From contig NC_043002.1 of the NCBI RefSeq assembly GCF_006345805.1, positions 46,686,001 to 46,750,000 on the forward strand: a DNA stretch of 64,000 bases, given 5' to 3'. The notes beneath the pieces were generated by a model. The model was given only the letters and a program-made list of their open reading frames with translations, did no database searches and had not been told where the DNA came from. Source of the DNA: Octopus sinensis (lineage: Eukaryota). Shown here one piece after another: positions 1 through 15,028 of this stretch. The position numbers and the translations under genes are program-made. Each line of letters starts with the position of its first letter. The stretch's first letter is position 1.

Positions 1-18
1 TATACATGCATACATGCA

Positions 19-89
<71 letters not shown>

Positions 90-610
90 GTGTGTGTGTG
101 TGGTGTTGTGTGTGTGTGTGTACATGTAGTAATAAAATATTGTTGTTGGACACTCAAGACAATGTAACGTCTGCAAAAGTATACGAATCGGCGGCGTAAG
201 TAAAGTGAATTAGCTTCAACCGAGAATTGAAATCGCGCCGCAGCAGACAAAGCTTACATCAGTTTGTTTATTTGTATATTTATTTATTTATTTTTAATCT
301 ACGGCGCTAGTAACAAGTAGAATGACACATCTCATTGAGCTGTTGCCGCGCCTGCACCGGTAATACGTCGCATAGCAACGAGTAGAGAAGCGGAAAACAG
401 AGGCTGGTAAATAGAACCGACTCTTGTAGAAGAGTTAGTCTGGTTGGTTGCTGCTAAAGAATGGGATAGCTCAATACACTGCATCTTAGTCTCTGGGGAG
501 ATTCTCTCGACAATCTCTTCTCTTCCTCCTTCCTTCTTTCTTTCTCTCTCTCTCTCTCTGCTGAGATTTTACTGCTATGTAATTTATTCATAAGCTGTCT
601 CTCTTCTCGG

Positions 611-715
611 CTGCTGTAACTGCTACCTTTACTGCTGCTGCTGCTGCTATTACTACTACTGCTACAACCGCCGCCGCCGCCGACGACGACGACGACGACG
701 CCACCACCACCACCA

Positions 716-754
<39 letters not shown>

Positions 755-832
755 TGCAGTTGCCGCTGTTCCTGCTACGACTGCTGCTGCTGCTACTGCT
801 GCTACTGCTGCTGCTGCTACTTCTGCAGTACT
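611..832. repeat. Compound trinucleotide microsatellite (GCT/ACT/GCC/GAC/ACC)
   Basis: Adjacent runs of gct, act, gcc, gac, acc and act triplets read directly. Confidence 0.9.
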
Positions 833-1403
833 ACCAAAATGTCAATCACTAGTTATGGTGATTATGAAAATCAATAACCGCGTTACAAGCGAAAAGAAAA
901 AGAAAAACAAACAAACAAGCAAAAAAGCCCCCCCAAAAACAATAAGACTACTGTTGATAAACATGGCTATTTCTATTACAACTATTAATCGTTATTAACA
1001 CCTTTTAACAGTTATTGTTAGATTTATATTCGTGTCATAACATAACATTATTGCTAATGACGTTACTGGGAAACATCCAAAGTACAACATTCGTATTCTC
1101 ATTTGCATTCTTTATATTTCAGAATTAATTATCTTTTCTGATTACTTACTTCTTATCCCTTAATATTTCCTTATCTAAAAATGATCGAAGGATTTTCCTT
1201 TTTCCCATGTGGTTAAAACCTAATTCAGAAGAAAAGAATAATAAAAATAAAAGAAAAAATAAAGAAAAAAAAGTAGATTTTTTTAGGGTGGTGGTGGTGG
1301 TGGGGTGGGGGTCTCATGCGAAATACCGATTTCTGATAGTAAATAATTTCCTTTCAGTTCAATCACAATTTCCAACCATTATTTTAAATATATAATTTTT
1401 CTT

Positions 1404-1447
<44 letters not shown>

Positions 1448-2019
1448 ACAGAACCTCCCCGAAATAGACACCAATATCTAAGCGCTATCTAAGCTTATTA
1501 AGATTACTTATGAAGGAAAACCTGCCAATTCCAATGTAAGAGATTCCCACAAACTATGAATCCACAGGCACTTTCATGTTTACAAGAATGAAGGACAACT
1601 CAGAACAAAGAGATTCAGATATAAGGAATTCACAATCAAGCATAACAAATGTGTATTCCCATCATCAAACAGATATCACTATCGTTTCGACACCAAGGCA
1701 GTAGCATTCAAACTGGTAGTGTCAACAGTGTTAAAAATATAAACGTTGCTTGGGAATCCACCAGTTTAGTACTTTATTACTACAAGTAACTACATCAAAG
1801 TATATATATAGTGTACTGTTCCATAATAGTAAAATCAACAAACGAAAAAAAAAGACCATGTTATGCTATGTAGGCAGTGCTTGAAGATTGCATTGAGACA
1901 CCAGACGTGTTAAAAATACTGCCTGACATGCTTTCATCGCATGAAACCATAGTAGCATATGAAACCATATTTTGTGTTTATTGTATAATGCACACACACA
2001 TACATGTTATGTCTCTTTT

Positions 2020-2395
2020 ATTCTCCGTCTGCCAAATCCACTCACAAGACTTTGGTCGGCTCGGTGCTATAAGAGAAGATACTTGTTCAAGGTGACACGT
2101 AAAACCGCACATTTATGCTTGCGCTTATTGACAGAACTGAAAGAAACCTGTCATATGCATATATGTTCATATCTACGTATGTGTGCGTTATTGTGTTTGT
2201 GTTTATCCTCTCTCGCCTCTTGATAACTGGTTTGTTTACATTACTATACATTAGTGGTTCAGCAAAAGAGACCGATATATTAAATAACAGGCTTAAAAAG
2301 TAAGTACTATGGTTGATTCATTCGACTAAAATACTCCTTCAATGCGTTGCTCCTGCATGGTCGCAGTCCAACGAGTGGAACTAGTAAAAGATAAT
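2020..2395. mobile_element. Degenerate SINE family A pieces (minus fragment followed by plus fragment)
   Basis: Matches motifs of the better copies elsewhere in the window (ccaaatccactcacaag; gcaaaagagaccgat; gcatggtcgcagtc). Confidence 0.6.
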
Positions 2396-3006
2396 ACTTG
2401 ATCTTGAAACTGAAAGTGTGGGGACAGAGACACAAAAAGTAAAAACCCCGAAGTAGATTACTAGAAAATGTAGATTTTTCCCTGTTCATTTCTTGAAAAT
2501 AATAACAAAAATACTAATAATAAATACGTTTGTTTTGAAACTGAAGTTTATTTTAGAATGCTATATTTCTTTTCATGCTTTTGATTTCCCATTAACGAAT
2601 TTATCTGACCGTGTAATGAAGTCAATGATTATATAAATAAACTAAAATTTGCAGATATGTCTTATCAAATCGAAATTTAGAGCAGCTCTTGAATGATCAT
2701 GTTTAAAAAGCATATAGATGATTAATATATCGAGATTATGTAAATCAGTCCACTACACTCACCCTGTCATAATACCGCTACGTAGAAGCCCATCGGGTAT
2801 TCAACAGAGCATTTGAGATGGAAGCAAGATGTAGATTCAAGTATCAGCTTGACAAATATTTGATTCTAAGATACAGTCGTCTGAAATTTCTTGAACATTT
2901 ATTTGATGCAAGATCTTGGAGCTCAAATATTTTTATGGTTTTTAACGAGTGCGTCATTTTGCCACACTTTATCACAAACAAAGACTCGTGGTTAGACTTG
3001 AGAGCT

Positions 3007-3508
<502 letters not shown>

Positions 3509-4720
3509 AAGTTATTCTGAAAAAGAAAAAAACAAAACAGAAAAGACAATATAGCCAGAAGATGTTTTGATGAGAAGCAGAAAGACTCTAATTATATTTG
3601 TTCCTGAAGTAATCTGTACTGTTCTCCATACTATGTCGTTTTAGAGGTTCATCGGTCTGTCACTCTGACTAATGCATGTTATTGTATAAAATATGTGTAA
3701 AAAAAAAAACGGTGAAAGCTAAAGTGCTTCTGACTGGAATGTGGATTTGGAGTCGAAATGAACATATATTGGAAATTCGCAGATTAAGAACCATATAATT
3801 AGGTTGACATGCAATGCAACAGCAATCAGTCTCTTTGCGTGGAATAGTTAATGCGGAGCGTGAAGAACACGTCAACTTCAAGAGTAATTCGTGAATTGCT
3901 TAATCGATATTTGAACGCATTGAATTAATGTAAACCTTCATAAGTACATTTTAGGTTTTCCCCCATCATCCACCATGCATTCTAAAATGTAAATAGACAG
4001 ATTGAGCAGAATGTTTGAGCTATACAGTTTATGTTTTCTATGAGACAATATTATAATTTCTCAACTGCCTCCAAATGATTTTGGCTCTGTTTTGATAAAA
4101 TAACTATATTTCGGACAATTTAGGCTGGATTATTTAAAATATCAAACCATAACTGGATATTGTTAATGACACTGCTGTGTCAATGAACGGCTCAGTTAAA
4201 ATCGGAAAGTCTTTTTGTGATCACTTGACCTCCGAGCATCTGGCATTTGGAATCTCAAGACACTCTACTCTGTTAGTCTGCCTATTTACATTTCAAGGTG
4301 CACAGAGGATGATAGTAGGAAGTCAGATAAAAGAAAAAAAATGTACTCAAGCAGGCCTATACAATATTAGACTCATATAGAATACACACATATATACTGT
4401 GTGTGTGTATCTACGTGCAGGATTAATTGTTTGCACTGTAATATTTTGTTTTCGTAAATATAATATATCTATTTTCTCATTGTTGCTTATTTTTACCACA
4501 AGTCGGACATGTTATTTTCATGTTCTTGGTCAGCACGAGCAATAGGGAGATATTTTTAGAAAAATTTTTTGCTTTCTGTAAACCACAATAATACTTTTTG
4601 AATTAGTGCTTCAAGAAATGAGCAACCTTCTTTCATGATCAGATGATAGCATAACACTACTGATGGGTTATATATAGAAACGCAATATACATATGATGTT
4701 TATACAAGTGAGTGTATTCT

Positions 4721-4834
<114 letters not shown>

Positions 4835-5159
4835 TAGATATAGATATATAGATATATAGATATATAATTGTTTCGACAACCCCAAAGTGACTAATTACAC
4901 ATGTCTATAGACATGTATGTTAACAGAGATCTATCCATATAACGATATGTAATGTATATTATATAACAAAACATAATGCGTGAATAATCACCAAGAGTTG
5001 TTGAAACAATTGTGAACCATGAAACAAAAATATTTGTCTCCAATCTTCATTTTTCATATTCTATTTTTATTCAAAACATCGATTTCCACTGGGGCGGAGA
5101 GACATTGTGTGAGTGCTTTCTGAGTTAAACGTCTGGATTATGTTATCCCTACTAACCAA

Positions 5160-5210
<51 letters not shown>

Positions 5211-6023
5211 CATTCACACACACGAGATTGTGCACTCATTTATTCTTGTAGTTATTTGTTATTGTTGCTGCCGTATTTGTTATTTATAAGGTGTTGGTGG
5301 TGTAATCTCAATCATTTCTATAAGAAAATAGTCCTTTAAACAAATATTTAATCCTCAATCTAGCTGTCTCTGTCTCTGTCTCGTATTTATCCAATTTATT
5401 CTAATGTTTAAAACTTGAAACATTCAGTTTCTTGTCCAATCCTATCTCATTACCTACCCATTGTTCTTTTCCTTCCGATCGAACCATTTCATTGAAATGA
5501 GAAATTGTTATTATAATCGTTGCTTAACAACATTTCGAATCTGATCGAGTCTGACATGTCATCAAAAGACTTCTAGCCGTGACCGATCTCTAATTTTACT
5601 ATTTACAGGGGACCCAGAACAACTTTATCGAATGTGTTCTTCACTAAAAAAAAAAAAAAAAAAGTGGGGTTCTTGAAGATTTGCTGTTACATCGAACAAG
5701 CCTAGCGTGTTGCCACATGTTTAAAAGCCCCATCGTTTGCTATGTTGGCAGTGACAATCTTCATTGAGAAAGTTGAGATACGGAAACGGAAAAGTGGAGA
5801 GAGAGCATCAGTCTAAGTAAGTCATGACAAACTGCAGTCAGCAGTTTTCTTTTTGGATGGAACGTCTAACGAAAAATTACCTTTGAATTATTTTAGTGAT
5901 ACGTCTCGCCTGATGATGAACCGAGTCTTAAGCGGCGTGTCTGGAAGACAGTTGCCCATGTTTGGTCTAAGTTAATGCTTTATTGTTTGCTTCATGTTGA
6001 CTGTTCGTGTTCTAAGCGCAAAT

Positions 6024-6215
6024 GCCTATTTTTTTACTCCCCACAAGGGGCTAAACACAGAGAGGACAAACAAGGACAGACACACGGATTAAGTCGATTA
6101 TATCGACCCCAATGCGTAACTGGTACTTAGTTTATCGACCCCGAAAGGATGAAAGGCAAAGTCGACCTCGGCGGAATTTGAACTCAAAACGAGTTCAAAT
6201 TCCGCCGAGGTCGAC
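6024..6215 (-). mobile_element. SINE family C copy (Nin/Deu-like domain), 5'-truncated with fold-back end
   Basis: Core gtcgactttgcctttcatcctttcggggtcgataaa present; flanked by the direct repeat taagcgcaaat at 6013-6023 and 6216-6226. Confidence 0.85.
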
Positions 6216-6532
6216 TAAGCGCAAATACCACCATATTGTCAACCCTCCAGTAATTGTAATGCGCTTGATTTTACAACGTGATCCTTCTTTATATGTTCGT
6301 GCCAATGTAAACAAAACAAGAAGAAAAAAATGACATTAATGAAGAAGAAACAATAATTGGTTACCTACCATCGAATCTGTGTATGTATATATGTTTGTAT
6401 GTATTTACGCGCTTGAATTATAAACAAAAAAAAAATCAATACTTGCAGTAGAATTTATCGTTTATCAAAAACTGACGCTTCACTCCGTCGCTTTTCCGAG
6501 TTCCCTGATTCCGTTATTTACGGCACAGCGCA

Positions 6533-6672
<140 letters not shown>

Positions 6673-6673
6673 T

Positions 6674-7750
6674 CGAGAGTTCTACCGAAAGTAATGCAAA
6701 AGAGGACATAACTTTTTATTAACTTACACGGGTCGTTCAAATTTCCCATATTGTGATGAAGCATAGTCTTCATCACAAGCGATGCATTTACATGAAAAAA
6801 ATTTTCAGCATCGTACTGTGATATGCCCTTCTTCATAGCCGCCTTCACATCATTTGTATCATCAAGTAATTGTTCTTGGAGACTGTCAGCACCAGATCCG
6901 AGTTATACGATGAATTTGGGTAGGGGTGTCATCGGGCGATCTAATTTGACGATTATCTAATTTATTGCCAAACGATGTATGTCATGTTTTGTCCTGGTGT
7001 AATGTACATCGTTTTCACAGTTTCTCAGTTTTTTTAATGTCTTAATGTACCGCTCGCTGTTCACAGTACAACCATCTTTCAAAACACGAAGGAGAGTAAC
7101 AGCTTTGTAATTCCTCAAATCATTCGTCATGGTTTTTCTATGGCTCTTGAACATTTTAGCCCATTTAGATGTGACGTCATTACTTGGACTGAGCCTTCGT
7201 TTCCGGATCATGAAGATACGGCCAAGTTTGCTCCCCTACCACCGGATCGAAAAAAGTGTGTTTTCATTGGCTTCAAACACTTCCAGTAGACCAAATCGCA
7301 TGTCAACTTCCGAGGTTCCCACTTTGTACATGCTTTCCAATACCTAAAATCTTCCACCCGATTCCGTAATGCATTGTGACCACAGTCCTAGTTGTGCAAC
7401 AAGCTCTCGGATTATGACTGGCCTGTCTACGAGAATCAATTCGTCCACTAGCAGACGATTCGTGTCTGTGGTTACAGTATTATGACCTTCTTTAACTTCT
7501 TTATTCATCCGCGCACATTCTCTTGTTAATGGTGTCATTTCCGTAAATAAGCTGCAGCTTTCTGTGGATGTTGGGTGACCTGCATCACCATTTCGTCAAG
7601 AACTCAATGATGGCATGTTACTTCCTCAAAGAAGAACAGGAGGAGAAGTAGCTATGGAGAAATTGTTACTCGTGTGCAATTCGAACGATTTATGTTAGTT
7701 AATAAAAAAAGTTCTGAAACACCTTTGCGTTACTCTCGGTATAATTCTCT
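6674..7750 (-). mobile_element. Highly degenerate mariner transposon
   Basis: About 55-bp imperfect TIRs (cgagagttctaccgaaagtaatgcaaaag.. versus the reverse complement at 7695-7750) and TA at 7751-7752. Broken transposase fragments TDTNRLLVDELILVDR..IRELVAQL, VLKDGCTVNSERYIKTLKKL and DDTNDVKAAMKK. Confidence 0.75.
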
Positions 7751-8043
7751 TATGTATGTGTATTTATGTATGTTTGTATATATACATACGTACATGCACG
7801 CATGCACGCATACACACATACATGTATGTGCACTTGTATATATATATATACATACATACATACATACGTACATACATACACATATACATATATGCATATA
7901 TACATATAAATATATATACATAAATAAATATATATATATACATACATACATATATATGTATGTATATATAAATATATATATATACATACATACATACGTA
8001 CATACATACACATATACATATATGCATATATACATATATAAAT

Positions 8044-8116
<73 letters not shown>

Positions 8117-8181
8117 GTATATACATGCATACATGCATACATACATACATACATACATACATACATACATACATACATACA

Positions 8182-8213
<32 letters not shown>

Positions 8214-8230
8214 AAATATAAATACATATA
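7750..8230. repeat. Large compound (TACA)/(TA)/(CA) microsatellite
   Basis: Read directly; source of several spurious ORFs. Confidence 0.9.
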
Positions 8231-8257
8231 TTTAAAAGAGAGGACCGGTCAACAAGA

Positions 8258-8790
8258 AAATCAAAACTAGCAATCTGCATCTAAACGAAGTGAAAGTAAA
8301 CTTCCAGGCAGGCCTATAGGCAAAGCTTGATCAATTCAATTGCCCCTCAGATCCCTCTCCAGAAATCCTATGGGAACAACTAAAAACCACCATCTTACAG
8401 ATCTCTGTAGAAATCCTTGGGTTTACGAAAAAAAAAAAAAAAGAATTGGTTTGACAAAAACGATGTACTGACTTGCTAAAAGAGAGCGCTGCCCACCAAG
8501 CAATACCTGACACAACTGTCCTGCCCAGAGAAGAAAGCGGTCTTTCGCCAAGCCTGCAGGTTTTTTGCAGCGAAAACTCCGTGAAGCTCAGAATGAGTGG
8601 TAGACTAACCTCGCACAGAGAACCCAGCTGTGCACCGACACTGGCGACCACGTGGGGCTCTACGAAGCTCTCAAGGCAGTTTTACGGTCCAACACATCAA
8701 GTCCGGAGTTTCTTGCGCAGCTCAGATGACCAGGTGCTTCTCATAGACATAGCATCCATCCTCAACCGCTGGTCTGAATAGTTTCAGGCC
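8258..8790 (+). mobile_element. RTE-clade LINE internal fragment (linker between endonuclease and RT)
   Basis: Frameshifted translation PEILWEQLKTTILQISVEILGF..KNWFD..LYEALKAVYGP..LRSSD..DIASILNRWSE. Confidence 0.75.
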
Positions 8791-8863
8791 CAACGTATGG
8801 AGTATATCTCAAGTCCAGCAATTTCAGGTACATGAAGGAAGTTATATGCCAAAATATCAATTA

Positions 8864-9253
8864 CTAGCAGTATCGCCCGGCGTTGCTCGGGTTTGTTTCG
8901 GCTCTTTAGAATTGGAATTTTTGAAAAGTAAAAATTTTACATTATGTTGCTTGTTATTCTCTTTAAGTGAACATTTTTCTGGTGAAATACACCGAAAAAT
9001 GGCGACACTGCAGTAAAAAAAATCGTAAAAAATAAGGATTTTCATAGAAAAAAAGCACCTTTTTGATGTAAATAATTTTTGGTCTTAACAAGGTCCGATT
9101 TGAATTTTATCTTCTACGGAATGAAGAGCAAGCCTCCTTCTATCATTCTCTCAATTTTGGTCAACTTGCCCCGCAGGGTCTCGGAGTAGATAGTGTTAGT
9201 TGAAGGCTACCAAACCTGCCACACACAGACAACTTCAGCTTTATATATATAGA
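8864..9253 (-). mobile_element. Non-autonomous Helitron (390 bp) with intact termini
   Basis: Minus strand begins TC (tctatatatataaagc) and ends with the hairpin cccgagcaacgccggg followed by cgatactgCTAG. It sits between host A (9254) and T (8863) with no TSD. Confidence 0.85.
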
Positions 9254-9941
9254 TAAATGTTATTGGGAAATATACCGCAAAAAATAAGTGAAATAAATGA
9301 ACACAAAGGCAAAAATTTGTACCATACGACTTTTATTAACAGTACTTTCTGTTGACACTCCATCTGTTTTAACTGTGTTCGTGACCGTTTCGTTTATTTG
9401 TTTTAGTCACTGGATTCTTTTATTTTTTTGTTTCATTTATTGGACTGCGACCATGCCAGGGTAACACCTTGAAGAGTTCTGTTAGTCAAATCAACCCTAT
9501 TAATAGAGCTCAGCCTAAAACAATGCTAATTGTAGTCAACACTCTATGACAATGCAGAAATCAAATATTAGAATTCGTTTCAAAATAACACCATTTAAAG
9601 CCAACAATCTATATACCTATAGAGCTAGGGGTGCTGATGATGGAAGTGAATGAAGAATAAAACACCTATGTATCGCCTTCTAAAGGAAACAGCTCATGAG
9701 AATATTAGAGCTCCTATTTCTTTTAGGGGCTCAGTCTATATGTGTCTGTGTGGGAAGGCGTCTTCCCTACTGAAAACTGTAACCCTGTCGTTCTTCACAC
9801 GCCTGTCGTTTATGATGAAGAGAACAGCAAAAAAGACTTTATTTAATAAAACAGTTATGTCGGATAGAACTTGAAATTCTTTGGTTGCTGATACAACCGA
9901 GGTTATTTACCGAGACAAGATTGCGTGTATTTAATGTTAAT

Positions 9942-10190
9942 ATTCTTTTACTTGTTTCAGTCATTTGACTGCGGCCATGCTGCAGCACCGCCTTGAAGGG
10001 TTTTAGTCGAACAAATCGACTTGGAGACTTATTTTTGAAGCCTAGTACTTATTCTATTGGTCTCGTTTGCCGAACCGCTATGTTACGGGGACGTGAACAC
10101 ATCAACACCGGTTGTCAAGCGGTGATGGGGGAGACAACACGCACACACACACACACACCACACACACACATACACACACGCATATGTATG
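9942..10190 (-). mobile_element. SINE family A, 3' half
   Basis: cttgtttcagtcatttgactgcggccatgctg..cctagtacttattctat..gccgaaccgcta, then a (CA)n core. Confidence 0.85.
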
Positions 10191-10198
10191 TATGTATA

Positions 10199-10494
10199 TA
10201 CTCTTTTTTACTTGTTTCAGTCATTTGACTGTGGCCATGCTGGAGCAGCGCCTTTAGTCGACCAAATCGACTCCAGGATTTATTCTTTGTAATCCTAGTA
10301 CTTATTCTATCGGTCTCTTTTGCCGAACCGCTAATGTTACGGGGACGTAAACAAACCAGCATCGGTTGTCAAGCGATGTTGGGGAGGGGGGACAAACACA
10401 GACACACAAACGTATACACACACATACATATATATATACACATCTATACAACGGTCTTCTTTCAGTTTCCGTCTGCCATATCCACTCACAAGGC
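10199..10494 (-). mobile_element. SINE family A, 5'-truncated, tandem to the previous copy
   Basis: Same tail motifs plus ttctttcagtttccgtctgcca..ccactcacaaggct. Confidence 0.85.
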
Positions 10495-10840
10495 TGTAAC
10501 ACTTTCCAGAAGTATATTATTTAAATATATATGAGCATGTCTAGATATGCAACTATATGAATACATAATACATACATACATACATACATACATACATACA
10601 CACACACACATACATACATACATACATACATACATACATACATACATACATACATACATACACACACACATACATACATACATACATACATACATACATA
10701 CATACATACATACATACATACACATAAACAAAAATACCCTGTTGTTGATGTTGCGACTCCAATGAAAGAGTCTTGGATCTAGGTTTAAAACGGGTTCTTT
10801 CTGTATAGGCAAGAAATCTTGAAATAAACTAAATAATGAC
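10495..10840 (+). mobile_element. R4/Dong-like LINE 3' UTR stub ending in (TACA)n
   Basis: Homologous to 42340-42594 (atatatgagcatgtctagatatgcaac; aaaaataccctgttg..gatctaggtt..ggcaagaaat..taatgacatacat). Confidence 0.75.
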
Positions 10841-10998
10841 ATACATACATGCACACGTGCATACATACATACGTACATACACACTTACATGCATGCATAC
10901 ATATGTGTAAAATGTGAAAACAGAAACTTCATAAACTGTTACCCCGTGCTTCACGTTGCCGATCTTCTAACAATTATAAAAAATAGAAATGAAATGTG

Positions 10999-11046
<48 letters not shown>

Positions 11047-12210
11047 GTATGTATGTATAAGAGTATGCATGTATATATATATGTATATATGTGAAAGGAG
11101 CATTCACAAAAATGCTTGAATATCATAACTATATCACTGGTTAGTTGGAATATTAGTGGATTACGACGTAATCGTTGTTTTAAAAATACTAAGACTTTTC
11201 ACCCTTGACCTTGTAAGGATAAAGACAAAGATTTGAAAGCAATGTGGTAGATATAAGAACATAGATGTATATGAATGAAAAATGTATGTATGTTGAGAAT
11301 CTGCGCGTATACATAGTGTGTTTCTTTCTGTGACAACTAGTAAACACCATTACTTCCAAGCACTTTCCCTTTTAATGCTATCTTTCGAAAGCTTTATTCT
11401 CGTATCTTCTGTCCAATCTCACAACAACAATGCTCCCAGAACTTACATCGACCTAACTGAAAACTGCTTTGATATCCATTCAGTCAACCCAAGCTTATGT
11501 TTACAAAATCTGAAAGGTTGTTTGCCACCAGCTTCTCTTCACATTTGTAGTTTTTAAAATGAAGAGGATCCATTTAAAATCGTATGATTGATCCTCGTTC
11601 ACGTCATTTTTTTTACATACATGGTAATCTTCATTCAAACCTATGCTGTAAGCTTTGTTTAATTGATAAATTATTTACATTATTTTAACAGATCAACTCT
11701 CAACATGTCCTGTGTATTACATGTAATGCACAGGACATATTTCTCTGACATCCACGAATCATTTATGATACACGTTCCCAATTTATTTTCAACAAGTAGA
11801 GTAACTTGGGACTTTTGAAAGGAAAGCTTTGTATTACTCAGAACGTATAAAGTAAGAGCTAACAAAATGTCTGTGAAGCAAGCATGGACATTAAAGTCAA
11901 ACTTAAGAAACGTTTTAGGGCAGGCAAAGGGTTAAATGATCGACCAGAATTACTTGTTTGCAACATTCCTCAAAATACTGAGTTTCGAATTCTTTATCTC
12001 CAAATAGCTGGGTAGAACAGCCATAGCCACAAAACCTAGAATGTCTTTTTACTTCGTCTTAAAAAAATATCTAAATACCATATATTAAAGACACTTGTTT
12101 CAATTTCTCTGTTATTAGATTTTAAACACCATTTATTACAGTCATTTAAAAAATATATATCTATATCTATATTTTCGTTTATATATATATATATATATGT
12201 ATTTGTGCCG

Positions 12211-12249
<39 letters not shown>

Positions 12250-12580
12250 GTGTGTGTGTACGTCATAAGAATTATAAATTTTTGAGAGAACGTGAAATAA
12301 TTCTTTTTTTGGAACAGCGGGTCTCGAAGCAGATGATAATGTTTTAAATAATAGCATGTAAAGCCTGAGTTGAAAAATCCTTTTGGCTGGAAAAAGTCGA
12401 AGGCGGCCAATGATATTCGAACCCACATCTCCTATAGACATAAGGTGCGGATTTGATTTTTTTCTATCCAAAAAGGATTTTCAACTCAGTTTGCTATTAT
12501 ATTAATCATACACATATACATGTATACATACATCTACATACATACACATACATACATACATACATACATACATACATACA

Positions 12581-12615
<35 letters not shown>

Positions 12616-13401
12616 GCATATATTATAATTCTCCTTCAAAGTACTCTCTAGGTGTAAGAGAATAGGTATATAGGTTGCATATGAGGTTTTAATGATCGAA
12701 ACCTACAGATTTGGACCTGTCTATAAAATAGATTTTTAAATACATTCAAAATCATTTGATCTAGTCATTATTTGCATGTAGCATTTAAACTTATATGAAA
12801 GAAGGAAGAAAATTTAAATGTCCTCTCTCTCTCACTCTCTCTATCTATCTATCTTTCTATCTATATATATACGTGTGTGTGTGTGTGTGTGTATCAAGTA
12901 TGTGTGTTTGTGTGTGTAAAAATAAGTTCTGGGGTCAATTTATTTGAGATTAAAAAATTCTTCATGGTGGTATTCCAGCATGGCCGCAGTCTAATGACTG
13001 AACCAAATAAAGGTAAAAGAGAACGATGTGTGTGTGTATACACATCAACAGAATCGCACCCGGTAACGAACAAATGTATAAGACTTTATGGGGTGTTTTT
13101 CAAAGCATGCTGTTCTGGCTTTGTTTTGCACTGTCAGTCCCGCGTTTATTATTACCCGGAGTGCATTAACCAATGTACCCCCCCCCCTTTTTAAAGACGG
13201 TTGAGTTTTTGAATGATTTACCTGCTTCTTATAGCGGGCTAAGCGACCGTGTAGATAATCTAAGAAAGAACACCCAGATTAACATAAACACACATACATT
13301 CATACCCGTAGATATAACCAGGCATCAGACATCAACAAATGGATACATAGATATGAATTTGCGAAAGAGAGTAGGAGAGTGTGTGTGAGAGAGAGAGAGA
13401 T

Positions 13402-13437
<36 letters not shown>

Positions 13438-14378
13438 CAGAAGACAGACAGACAGACAGAGAGACAGCGTGACAGAGAAGTGATAGAGAAAAAGAAAAAG
13501 AGAGAGAGAGAATGAGGGAAAGAACAAATATGTATCTATTAAAATATTCACACACGCACCGGAGTGCGTGTAGGTAAAAAGAGCAATCCCACACAGCAGT
13601 AACAAGACAGATGCAAAGACGTATTAGGGGAGAGGAGAGGGGGTACAAGGTATACATATTCACGCAGCTGGGAATTTCCTTGGATCACAGGGAAAATGTT
13701 CGCATATATTAGATGAATCACTGACTGAAGTGAAAGGGTACCCGAAAGAAACTTTCAAGCGCGCTTTTCCTGATTAGATTCCTTTCCAGTGTCCTAGGTA
13801 GAAAAAGATCATTCTCACTCACGGACGAACGAACGTATAGTGTCCACTATAGAGTCTTAGCGTAATTTTTAATGTAAAATTTTAATAAGTTGGTTTCTGT
13901 ATATGATATAATAAAATGTATATAACAAATGTTTTACAAGTTCGATGCATTTATTTTATAATTGTCAATCAGCTCATTGGCTAAAAATGTTTATTAATAA
14001 ATAATAAAACTTATTAATGATTACTTCAACTTTATTTCATGGAGTCATGTAAACAAAGACTTGCTGTTTGTTCGACTAAATCTCATGCTTAAGATCAGCG
14101 CTTCTCAACGTTCTGGGCACCACGGACCGGGATCACGTGCATAAAAAATACAATAAAGCGCATATATATAATTTAATTATTATATGTATAATGCATATAT
14201 ATATATATATATATATATATAGATATAATATATAGATATCTATATATATCTATTATATATAGATAGATAATAGATAGATAGATAGATAGATGGATATATA
14301 GATAGATGATAGATAGATAGATAGATACCTACATACATACATAATATATATATTGTTGTGTCTGGGGAGAGTATACAC

Positions 14379-14422
<44 letters not shown>

Positions 14423-14440
14423 GTGTGTGTATATATATGC

Positions 14441-14842
14441 TTTTATTTGTTTCAGTCATTTAATTGCAGCCATGCTGGAGCACTGCCTTTAGTCGAACAA
14501 ATCCATCCCAGGACTAATTCTTTGTAAGCCTAGTACTTATTCTATCGGTCTCTTTTTCCGAACAGCTAAATTTGGGGGATGTAAACACACCAACATCGGT
14601 TGACAAGCGATGGTGGTGGACAAACACAGACACACAAACATACATACGTACATACACACACACACACACATATATATATATACGACAAGCTTCTTTCAGT
14701 TTCCGTCTACCAAATCCACTCACAAGGCTTTGGTCGGTCCGAGGCTATAGTAGAAGACACCTGTCCAAGGTGGCACGCAGTGGGACTATACCCGAACCAT
14801 GTGGTTGGGTAGGCAAGCTTCCTACTACACAGCCACGCCTGT
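14441..14842 (-). mobile_element. SINE family A, near full length (tRNA-like head, CORE-like segment, internal microsatellite)
   Basis: Full motif set; head reads ggcgtggctgtgtagtagg..ccacatggttcgggtatagtcccactgcgtgccacc on the minus strand. Confidence 0.85.
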
Positions 14843-14908
14843 GATATATATGAAATATATATACATATATATATACACATATATATAATATATATATATA
14901 TATATATT

Positions 14909-14954
<46 letters not shown>

Positions 14955-14991
14955 TGCCTTCGTCTTTTGTCTATTTTCATAAAGCTTCCCG

Positions 14992-15026
<35 letters not shown>

Positions 15027-15028
<2 letters not shown>

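Noticed and set aside
5905-5940. Isolated CTGATGA (also near 29809 and 63407)
   Set aside because: No downstream stem plus GAAA.
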